From Nitrospirales bacterium (GTDB lineage: Bacteria; Nitrospirota; Nitrospiria; Nitrospirales; UBA8639): DNA of 64,000 bases. Position 1 is the first letter of the stretch, and every line of letters starts with the position of its first letter. Positions 41,976 to 64,000 of the stretch are shown here, in pieces. A model generated the notes under the pieces. It searched no databases, was not told the origin of the DNA, and saw only the letters and a list, made by a program, of their open reading frames with translations. The stretch covers positions 1,056,001 through 1,120,000 of the forward strand of contig CBDBCZ010000017.1 of assembly GCA_965203295.1 (NCBI GenBank), read 5' to 3'. Both the position numbers and the translations under genes were made by a program.

Positions 41976-44900
41976 ATGACCCATCCACAGGCAGCGATGG
42001 TGCTGAACGTCGTCTCCCCCAGCTTTCGCCCTGGGGGCACAGCCAGTCCTGAGAAGCGACGACCAAAAATTGCTGCCATGGAAACCGGGCCTGGGCCGGC
42101 GGTGTACTGTTTACCTGGTATGTACAATGTGTGCCAGTGTGCATGCATGTATGTAAGTTGACTACTAGACAAAATATAGAAGTATCTATGGAGCATCAAG
42201 TTTCAGCTGAAGTGTAACATTTACTAACGGTTAGATACCTATTTACATACCAAGTCATAACTGATTGGATTGTGCAAGATCACTCTTTTTATAATGACAG
42301 TATCACTTCTACTTCACTCAATACTAAGTCACGACTTGTTAATGGTTGTGGAGGGTGTACACATACCCAAGTATTGAGCTAATTGCAGTGGTAACTTTGG
42401 ATTGCGCATCATTTTTACAATTTAATATTTGGGCTGAGAGTGAGCTTCGGGGTTTCAGATAAACAGTACAACCAACACATTCTCTCTCAAGACTGTGTAT
42501 AGTCACTATCATATATATATAAGCGGTGTTTCTTCTCAGTTACATTGCAAAGTCTTCGAGATTATAAGAGAGAGTAAAGAAATTCCCCCTCCCCCCCCCC
42601 CCCCCCCCAAAAAAAAAAACGGGACCCAGCTGGGGATTGAACCCAAGACCTTCTGAATACTAGTCAGATGTGCTTACCACTGAACTACTGGAGTCCCTTG
42701 GCAGAGGAGCAGTAGGCAAGCTTTATATTGCCACTAAACCCGCTAGTAGCACTTGCTAGTAAGACCCATCCAATTCCAACCATAATTACTCTCTCATTAG
42801 GCCTCTCCCCCATCTCCATAACAGGTACCTGTGGTCGTGTAGGGCACGATGCCTCACGACACCAGAGCCCCGCCTTCTCCTTCGGAGTGAAGACGAAGCA
42901 GTCCTCGTCAGTGATCCTGGTCTCCCACAGTCCTGGGCCTGTCCACTTTGTGTCCCCTAGCATAACACGGAGGGGCAAGGATGGAACGGCAGCGTATTCC
43001 ATATATGGAAGACCCAAAGATCTCCGGTCGGCAAAGACACCTGGACCATGTATGAAATGCACAGCAAGAAAGCTTAAGTTTCCAAAAAGTCCACAAGCTT
43101 GGGCACTAAGTACTGTACAAATAGCTTCCAAGCTGGGAAATGGACTTAGTACAAACTGTACAAAGCCAGCTTGTATTCCTTGAATAGTATACTAAAGATG
43201 CTGACCAAGCCTAGTTATTCCAGGGAAAGAGGAAAGTCATATGATTGTTTATTCAGTGAACTGTGCACTGAGCATAGAGTGGTGTCATTTTAGGTGAATA
43301 CACATGATGACCTAAAGCAGACTTGAAGTGTCATTGTAGCTGCAGACCCTCTTCTGCTTTGGGAGAGCCTGGCAACGAGACTAGCTTGTGCTAACCAGTA
43401 ATATTAGCCAGGTGCAAATTGTGTTTTGTGACCTGGGAATGAGGCCTGAGAATGAGACGAAGTCTCCAAAGAAATATGCATATACACGGTGCATAAGCCC
43501 GACTGTGCATAATGGCTCAATCCACCCAAAACAGTGGAGGGGACTGATCTATATACAGTAAACCCCTCTACTGCGGACACCTTGCATGGGGACCTGGTGA
43601 AGTATCATGTATACAGTGGAACCCCTCTACTGCGGACACCTTGCATGGGGACCTGGTGAAGTGTCCTGTATACAGTGGAACCCCTCTATTGCGGACACCT
43701 TGCATGGGGACCTGGTGAAGTGTCCTGTATACAGTGGAACCCCTCTATTGCGGACACCTTGCATGGGGACCTGGTGAAGTGTCCTGTATACAGTGGAACC
43801 CCTCTATTGCGGACACCTTGCATGGGGACCTGGTGAAGTGTCCTGTATACAGTGGAACCCCTCTATTGCGGACACCTTGCATGGGGACCTGGTGAAGTGT
43901 CCTGTATACAGTAAAACCCCTCTATTGCGGACACCTTGCATGGGGACCTGGTGAAGTATCATGTATACAGTGGAACCCCTCTACTGCGGACACCTTGCAT
44001 GGGGACCGGGTGAAGTGTCCTGTATACAGTAAAACCCCTCTACTGCGGACACCTTGCATGGGGACCTGGTGAAGTATCATGTATAAAGGTGTCCTCATTT
44101 CAGGGGTAGATTTATATTAAGCAAAGTGTCCTTATAGCCAATACAGCGGTGTCCTTGAGTCAGGGGTGTCCTTTAAGAGGGGATCCACTTTAGTACAGCG
44201 GGAATATTCCCACTCCTAAAACGACATGTCATACAGAATTACATAAGAACTTTACTTGGCATGAAAGCACTGCTAGCTACGTACAACACTTCCACTAGCA
44301 CTAGCTTCATAGCACCCCAATTCAAGAGACTGACTTATTCCCCCACACAAAAGTGCTGTTGTGGTTACACCTTTGCATTAGTGCATGCCTCTGTCAGTCT
44401 ATGTCAGGGGTCGTGCTCTTGACTTCCTGCAATACCTTGTTGACAGGTTGTGCTGCCAGTTAGTGGTGCAGAGTCAAAGCAATTCTCTTTGATAAGAGCT
44501 ATAGCTGAGTCTACATATGTGTTTATGTTTTCATTCAGGAAAGTGATAAACAGGTGATCATAAACAGGGAGATGTGATAGTAGTTGAGATTCAGTTTCAT
44601 CTTGTGTTCACACCAAACCACTCCCTCTGGCGTCCTAACGCTGACCATGGACCCACCTCAGAGGAATCATTACCACATATACCATACTGTACCTGTACAA
44701 TGTACACTCGCCACTATTTAGCATGTATAGTCCGTATACTTGCTGACAGATGTACAACTTAAAAAATATGTATAATCATGTAGTCACAACATTCATTTTC
44801 TCTTGATATACAACACGCATCATTCACGGCAAGCCAATCATATTTGGGCTTCTAGCTGTTATCTAGCTGCATATAATACTAGCTTCATCTGACTGAGAGT

Positions 44901-47900
44901 TTGACACCAGAACCTAGCTGAAAAACCAATGCAGACCCCGCGTGCTTACTTCACTGAAACACACACTGCAGACCTGGAAATAACCAAACTTAGTCTATGC
45001 ATATGACTAATTTCACATGTTCAACACATATGTATGCAGCTGCAAGCAGCTAGCTACTTAATGAACATGGTATGTTATCTGAGAGACATAATAGCTTCAA
45101 TGTTTACTTTTACTGCAGGGAGGGGTGGTTTAAGGGAAGTCTTGGGGAGTACGAAAACAGTATGTTGTTGGTTGATCGATTTACACACTTTATAGTTGCT
45201 TGTCTTGCTGGGTGTAGCTATCTGTAAGAATGCTTGGACCACTCACAACTGCTGTTTATACCAGAAGTGGTTTCATTCCTTGTGTGGGGTGCTCAGTGGG
45301 AGGATGTGCAAAAGGAGTGCCCCATAGGAGCTAGGTTGGTATGCTTTGTAGTAGGGTACGCCTATTTTGAGATGTAGAAGAGCTCATAGTTTCATATACA
45401 TGCATAGCTACGTACTTCCATTACAACATGTGACACTCAAGCAACATTACATGCTGTAATAAACTAGTATAGCTTCAATAGATAGGCCGAACAATAACTA
45501 CATTATTATACTTCTGGTACTACTTTTGCCTCCATCTGTACAATAAATCTGTGGTGTAATAAAGTGTAGTTGCATATGCTGTATTAAACTAGTATAGCTT
45601 CAAAAAACAGGCTGAACTATAACTATACTTCTTGCTAGTTTGCAATACTTTTGCCTCCATCTGCACATTAAATCTGCGGGTGCAATAACGTACAACAGCT
45701 GTAGCCAGCAATTTCAAGTTCTACTCTGCAGCTGCTTTGCATTTTGTGGCTATAGCTATTGCGTAAAAAAAAAGAAAAACAGTAATACTTTTCAAACCGC
45801 ACAAGACAAAGCTTTGTGGAAGCCTTGGAATGAGGCCACAACTGATATCCTGCATCGACCAACATTAATAACTTGGCAGTCTCAGTACTTCACTCTTTAC
45901 CAGCCAACAGCATATATTTTATTTATGTGCCCATATAAAATTTCTGTACTTTATATGATATGCATTGGGGGGAATCTTTGGCAGTTAACTATCCTCAGTA
46001 CTTAAGTATGCAGTCAGATTCACTAACTTGTGTGATGGAGTATGTAACGACCATATCTTTGTGTGCACAGGTGCTTATCATGCTGAGAAAGCCCATCCTC
46101 CTCAAGAGAAACACGCACCGGCATACTCTTTTGGCAAGAGGACACATATACCCAGCAGACACCCTACACCGTCTCCTAGCGCCTACACTCTGCCCTCACT
46201 AATCGGGCCTAACACCATTGGAAAGAAGTCCGTTCCAGCTTACTCCATGACTGGGAGACCCAAGGTTGGAGGTTTTGCTGAGGACCTCAGAAAGGTATAA
46301 AACACCCCAGTATCAGACATACTTAGCCTCGTACCCAGGCCCCTCCCACTTCTGGGTACGAGGCTACTGACATACTATGCTATACATGCAGGACCAATCC
46401 TACTTCCTATGTTTTCCTTTGCCATCATGGTGATGCACCACGTATATCATACTAAGTTACACAGGACCAATCCTGCTCGTATGTTTCCTTTGAATCGTGG
46501 TGATACACCACATACAGTGGAGCTCACCTTTAAGGACACCCCTGATTTTGAATTAAGGACACTTTGCTATATCCCTGAAATGAGGCCACTTCTCTATACA
46601 ATACACTTTACCAGGTCCCCAAGGTGCCCACAATAGAGTGGTTTCACTGTATATCCTACTATGTTACACAGGACCAATTTGCCTTCTTTCCTTTGCCACC
46701 ATGGTGATGCAGCATGCAAGTGATTGGATATGTATCTCTTACCTAAAAAATGTTCAAGTTAGGGTTATAGGGTTTACCATAGTCTCAGAGGCTCCACAAT
46801 TTTAAATTTTCCTGCAATGCTACACATCATTCCCCAGACTCCTACCATTTGTGTCAGTAGCGCACACTATACGTAAATGAGCTGAATTTAATCATTAAAA
46901 CCCTGTAGACTCCTCCACCAGGCTCGTATGGAGTAGTGGATTCACAGGTTTACAGAACCAGAAGTCCTTCCTATTCAATGCTCGGGAGGAACTTTCCTCC
47001 AGAAGACCACACCAAGAAACCTGACCCCGGAACATACAGCCCTGAGAAGGTAAGGCTGAATGATTTATTGATAGTTCTTCACCTTGTTGTTCAAAGAGCA
47101 TAAGCCATACATTTTACTGTATGTATGCTATAAAGAATTACAATAATTGTTGGTGTTAATATAAAGTATGGGCTTTCTTTTGTTTCTTTGGGCAGTAAAA
47201 TGGCCTATACCGGTATAATATAAACTTATATGGGCCTTTAGGTCTCTATCGGTTCATGAATTACCAACCATAAGAAACAGCTTAAAGAAGCAGAATTGCC
47301 TGTACTATTAAGTATTAACGCCTAATATTAAAACTTCCATATAAATTCATATGGGCTTATGGGAGCTCATGACGCATATATGCGTCATTGGTTGGTAAAG
47401 AGTTAAGGAATGCTGAAGATTAGAGTTGCAAACCTATGAATTCAATGATATAGAAATGAAACTTTAGAGTATATACATGTAGAATCACTGTGTAGAAAGA
47501 TCATTATAGCATACATATGGCCATACACACAATTAAAACAAAGCAATTGTTAAGGGATACCCTGATCATGAGGATGAGAGGTACAGAAACAGAAAGTTAT
47601 AAAACAACACAAAACATGAAAGTATATAGTAAGAATGGACTTGGTTTTATACCCAGAATCAGTTATCTTTTGTGCATGTAGCCTTGCCGACTTGAGTTAC
47701 GTGTAGAGACGAACTTTACTGAGATCACTGGTACCATCCATACAAACAGGTTCCATGTTTATTTATCATACAAGTCTTCCCAATGACATGAGTAAATGAA
47801 CTTAAAAGGTATATGCATGAGAGTGTACTCTTTATAAGCTAGTCATGTAAACTCTTCCTATGCAGGTGTCGGTCAACCGAAAGCAATCACCATCTTACTC

Positions 47901-47955
47901 GTTTGGAATCAAACATTCAGAGTATATTGCTCCGGTTCTAAAATTTGTTGTATAA
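41976..47955 (+). CDS. ODF3: ODF3/CIMAP1 (SHIPPO-repeat ciliary microtubule protein), 273 aa. Exons: 41976-42117, 42825-43049, 46071-46294, 46909-47049, 47866-47955
   Basis: All junctions are GT-AG and in phase; repeated PGP/PAYS motifs (GPGPAVYCLPG, SPAFSFG, TPGP, PAYSFGKR, GGFAEDL, PSYSFGIKHSEY). Confidence 0.92.
42541..42821 (-). mobile_element. tRNA-carrying dispersed element, copy 4 (antisense in ODF3 intron 1)
   Basis: Reverse complement of copies 1-3; ends 4 nt before ODF3 exon 2. Confidence 0.85.
42621..42697 (-). tRNA. tRNA-like sequence, anticodon AGT (Thr); probably a repeat-borne pseudo-tRNA
   Basis: GGGACTCCAGTAGTTCAGTGGTAAGCACATCTGACTAGTATTCAGAAGGTCTTGGGTTCAATCCCCAGCTGGGTCCC: A and B boxes, TCTGA/TCAGA stem with a 7-nt loop, followed by a T-run. 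Confidence 0.6.
43553..44191. repeat. 59-bp tandem array (about 9 units) formed from the left end of a CAGTGGAACC MITE, closed by the MITE right end
   Basis: tacagtggaacccctctattgcggacaccttgcatggggacctggtgaagtgtcctgta repeated, then ...gaggggatccact. Confidence 0.9.
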
Positions 47956-48960
47956 TGACTGTATTATGTATTTGTATTTACAGTTTACGTTTTGTAGGTC
48001 AATGTGCTTATATGGTGCAATATTTATAGCTGTTCAAAGTATGTGTAGCAATGTCATGTATAGCTATAATCGAAGCTTTTCTGTTATTTGTTATCACTGC
48101 GAACAGTCCTCCCTGACATATTATAACAGCTACGTGGTTGTGTATTGATTGAATTTGTATTAATTGTGTAGCACAAAACTGCATTGGACATTTTTTTTCG
48201 ATGAATCAGTACTAATACAGTTCAGAGATTTGGTACCTCAATGGACACACTTGGTATATAATATTATCAAGTCCACAACAGAATCCCAAATAAATGCAAG
48301 GAAAATGCACATGGGTCTACGGGACCTCTATATAATGCTATGTGCACACTGTAGTCATTTTGCAAAGTTAATACAGGGCCAAAAGTGGAATTTCCTGAAA
48401 TTCATCTCAAGGGAAGTTGAAGGAATTTAAAGTACAGAACGGTATAGGATAGGGTATAACTTCAATGGAAATTGTATGTACCCCTATTGATCCTATACAG
48501 CCCTGTACATTAAATATCAAATATTAAATATTCTGTAACTTTCCTTTAAGGTATGACAGGAGTTTCGGGTTGCAAGGTATAAACAGCTGTATTTTGGTCA
48601 TCCGTTATACTATTCTGTTCAAATTTGAAATATAGCATGTACATCCTTTCTATTTTGAGTCCACCAATTGTCAGGATCTGCAGGAAAGTCTGGAAAAGAA
48701 GACAGTTTCAGAGAGGCAATACTTGAAATTTTTGAAACACACGCTATCTCAGTAAAGGAAGGCAGGATGAGAGTTTGGTTTGTGACATTGTGGACCTTTT
48801 GTTGTTAGTTAACTTTTCAGCGCAAGCCGCCTTGCGCGGGGATACGTAGCCCTGTCCGCCCGTGGTAAAAGATTTTCCCCATAACAATGACGTAACGCAT
48901 CAATTTTCATTATGTGCGGGGGCGGCAGCGGCGGCCTACGATTCATACGTGCACGTACAT

Positions 48961-49348
48961 ATGGTGAGTCTGTATACCAAGTTTGAGAAGCTAGTTTTAC
49001 TTCTGGAGTGCAAAACAGCCGGATAAAGCCACCCCCTAGAATTTTTTACCTACATGGATCCAGCCTGTCTTGCTGAAAAGTGCTTTTAGCCATACTTTTT
49101 GCGGAAAATCGCTGAGGATCAACGAGAGCGACGTCCGACATGCCTGCGGGAGCTATATAGAAGAATACCAGGCCGAGCTGGAACAGCGTCTCCGTGATGG
49201 CACCGTGCCGCATTGCATCCCGGTACAGTCTGAGAATCCAAACAGTGTGGAGGTTGTCCTCGGAGGGAAGAAATGCAAGTGTGGGTCTACTACACATCAA
49301 CGCGTTTCGCACCGTGAGTGCCCCCTGAACAAGAAGAGACAGCAGTAG
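48961..49348 (+). CDS. Element-encoded ~96-aa protein with a C-terminal zinc-knuckle-like motif. Exons: 48961-48963, 49064-49348
   Basis: ATG|GTGAGT...CCAG|CCTGTCTTG is in frame with the ORF ending CKCGSTTHQRVSHRECPLNKKRQQ. Confidence 0.6.
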
Positions 49349-49540
49349 CCATGCCGACAGACTGTAAGTATTGCCTCTCCGGAACGCCTTCTTCACACTT
49401 TCTTGCAGAACCTGACAACTGTTGATATGATTTCGTGTCTATATAGTATGATTAATTTCTTGATGTCCTACATGTAATAACCCAAAAAGACAACAGACAT
49501 AAACACAACTAGCTAGGCAAGAGTTAGAGTCGATAGTTCT

Positions 49541-50144
49541 TCATTTGACTCTCTTGGCAGCCTTGCTTGTCTTTGTGGCAGGCCACTTGGCATGCCACAA
49601 GTCACTGTACGTGATAGTGTACACCTGCATTGGTAATAGTACATAGGATAAACAGATTTGATATTCAGGTTGTTAAGTTTGAGAGTACCTGGGGTCCGAC
49701 TGGATCCTGCCAGTCCTTGACACACTCTGGGAATTTGGCCCTCACCACTGCCTTGAGAGCACTGGGGAACACATACGATGGAGTGCGCCCATCAGGCTTT
49801 GCCCCAAGGGCTTTGCCAGACCCGTACTGTGGAGAGCCGACAGGTATTATCAAGGCTTTGTATCAATGCACGGTGTTAGAGAATACTACGTACCCAAAGT
49901 ATGCCGAAAAGGCGCTTGTACAGTGCCTTTCTGCCCCCTTCATGGGCAAAATTTTTCAATAGGCGCTCCAGTCCAGGAGGAACACCTTCAAATCTGAAAA
50001 TTTTGTGTTTGTGGACGGGTGAGAGTTCATTGCATGCACTCCACAAATGGAAATGTACTCCATGGCTTACCCGCTTGTCCGGAAGGCTGACTGAAGCTGC
50101 AGTAGTGCAGCCTCCAGTGGAAGGCTGGAAGAGCCACTAGCCAT
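49541..50144 (-). CDS. Element-encoded KolX-like protein, 131 aa. Exons: 50144-50071, 49993-49894, 49826-49689, 49624-49541
   Basis: Four in-phase GT-AG exons; GRKALYKRLFGILWYGSGKALG...RTPSYVFPSALKAVVRAKFP resembles the KolX/P2X7-tail motif. Confidence 0.72.
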
Positions 50145-51056
50145 AGCAAGAGCTTGAGCTTGTAGATTTTCGTCCGCTTTTTAATTTCTATGCGGCTAGC
50201 TATTAGTACACGTGGCCTGATTATGTGTGCGCGCGCGCGTGCGTCATACCGCAGTTATGTAATCTTGTTATGATTACTGTAACAACAATGGTGTGTAAAA
50301 ATGTTATTACAACGTGTGTTCATGGTGCGTTGTCAAGGGGACTGGGCTGCAACTCTTTCACTTTGCAGACTTTCATGATGGTTTTGGTACTGTACTAGAC
50401 ACTACTAAACATATTTCCACTTTGTAGCTACTTTCAAGGGGCTGACCTAAACTCCTGTCCTACCTTAAGATGTATTTCAAGAAGTTAAACCTTTGCCCAG
50501 CGTACTGTATGAGCAAGCTGAGATGATAGCCGGCATGATTAATTAAACACTTTGCAATCAGTTCAACATGTCTATCAATCCACTCTGTGGGAGCTATTGT
50601 CTCCTTTCAGGTATGTAGTGCTATGGTACCTGATGGTCAATCAACATTGTTTTTATTTGCACAATGCAGTTAAAATGTTTGTACCGTTAAGCCACACCAA
50701 GGCATGCACCTTTTGCCTCCTGTATACACACCATTATCTCTGCCCATTCGTCACACTTATACTTGGAAGTGTGGTCACCTGCTTGACATATCGACTTGTG
50801 AGGCATAATAGCATCTGATTCTATAATACGTAACTACATGACAGTTGCTATGTACAATATAGTCAAAAAGTATGCTATACAACTTAAAGGGAAAAACATT
50901 ACATGTAACACGCATGTAGTCTGCTTTGCTGTAAAAGAGTTTCTAAACTATATAAAGTCACACACTTAAAATTGTCCAAACTCGATCAACACACAAATTC
51001 TAGATAAAATGGGATCTATATGTACTAGCAAAGCAATTCACGGCTTTTGCAATCTT

Positions 51057-56769
<5,713 letters not shown>

Positions 56770-57856
56770 CGTGAGAAGAGCTAGCTAGTACTCGCCGAGC
56801 AAATTAACTCTCCAGCAGGTGGGCAGTGTCCGCGCATGCGCATGCACTCGTGCAGGTGTCGTCACGTGCACTGTTGGAGGGATTTCCTGTAACTTTTCCT
56901 TCGAGACACATTAAATGAAAGCCTGGCCCAGCATACTGAATGTGCAAGCTGTCCGGCATAATTGAAGGGCTGAGAATCAGAGTGGTCTAACCCATTTAAA
57001 GAAACTTCCTCCTCCCAAACTTGAGACAAAAAAATATAATATGAATACCTGATCTGAGTACGTAGCTATGGGGGTAGGAGTTGGTCCACAAAGTGGTGAT
57101 ATTTGGCATTCCATATAAATTATGTACAAATTGTGAGTCTTTAATCTAGTCACATGGGACTAAACACAGTAACTGGAGTGACGTTCCTGGAACCTTCTCC
57201 AGTTACTATGTTGAGTCCCTTGATATAGCAGATGAGACTCACAAAAATGTACTACATGTCAAGTGACACCACTTCGAGGTCTAACTCTTACCTACATACA
57301 GCAATGAAAGATTTCACATTATTTATCATACACTCATACACTTTAAAGTACAATTATGCACTTTCCAGTAGCTACTCCATTTGAGTAGGCCCATGCACTA
57401 TGGCTCTCAGCCTTCAATTATGCAATCAGCTCAGCTACCACAAACCTTCCACTTTTGGAATGCGAGCATCACACATGCATGCAGTGTGAGCCACTGCCCC
57501 TGCTTAGGTATGTTCGTGACACAGTATACAAACCTGCTTGTTAATATACATGTAGCATTATCTATAATACATAACTCCATGTTTTCACTTCTGCAAGTAG
57601 ACAGTTAAGAAAAAGCATATAGCTAGTTGTATGTAAAAAGGGAGAAAAACTAAGTCATTATATATACGTATACATGATTGCACATGCAGTTTGCATTGTT
57701 GGCATGGCTATATAGCTACTTTTATCTTATAGATAAGCTTTACAAATCACATAGTTCAAACTCAACACACAATATTTCTAGTTGGAGTCCCTGTATGTAC
57801 TAGTGCAGCAAGTCACTGCTCTACGCATGTGCAGCCAGTTTGTTGTGCAATCTCCT

Positions 57857-63800
<5,944 letters not shown>

Positions 63801-64000
63801 CGTGAGAAAAGCTAGTTAGTACGTATATAGCTACTCGCCGAGCAAATTAACTCTCCAGCGGGTGATCAGTGTCCGCGCATGCGCACTCGTGCAGGTGTCG
63901 TCACAGTCGTGGGGAGGAAGGAATTCGAACTTTCCTTCTCAAGGCGCATTAATTTCATACAAGAAATGAAAACTTGGCCCAGTGTACCGTATGTGCAAGC

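Larger units (their letters stand above)
48550..50464. mobile_element. Kolobok-like DNA element, 1.9 kb, carrying two convergent genes
   Basis: TTAA at 48546-48549 and 50465-50468; TIR GGTATGACAGGAGTTT / AAACTCCTGTCCTACC (15/16 match). Confidence 0.88.

Noticed and set aside
43553..44090. Regular repeat array resembling CRISPR
   Set aside because: Units are contiguous with no unique spacers, derive from a MITE end, and no cas genes are present in this eukaryotic DNA

Overview
Eukaryotic (animal) genomic DNA with GT-AG introns and many microsatellites and MITEs. Gene content and intron style suggest a non-bilaterian animal, possibly a demosponge, but this is inference only. Genes reconstructed by hand: the first coding exon of an IQGAP gene (-; the rest lies left of the window); an intronless YtcJ-like amidohydrolase (-); a 17-exon NELL-like TSPN/coiled-coil/EGF/VWC gene (-) with an ~18.8 kb first intron; a divergent 5-exon ODF3/CIMAP1 gene (+); and two tandem 7-exon paralogues encoding signal peptide + two SnoaL/DUF4440-like (NTF2-fold) domains + C-terminal HDEL (-). 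The most unusual items are: (1) a 1.9 kb TTAA/TIR Kolobok-like element carrying two intact, spliced, convergent small genes but no recognisable transposase core; (2) a dispersed element carrying a whole Pol III tRNA-like unit (TATA, tRNA with AGT anticodon, T-run); (3) an orphan PIKfyve exon next to one copy of that element; (4) the ER-retained double-SnoaL proteins; (5) splice acceptors fed directly by (CA)n repeats. Family names come from motif recognition by eye; no database searches were run.
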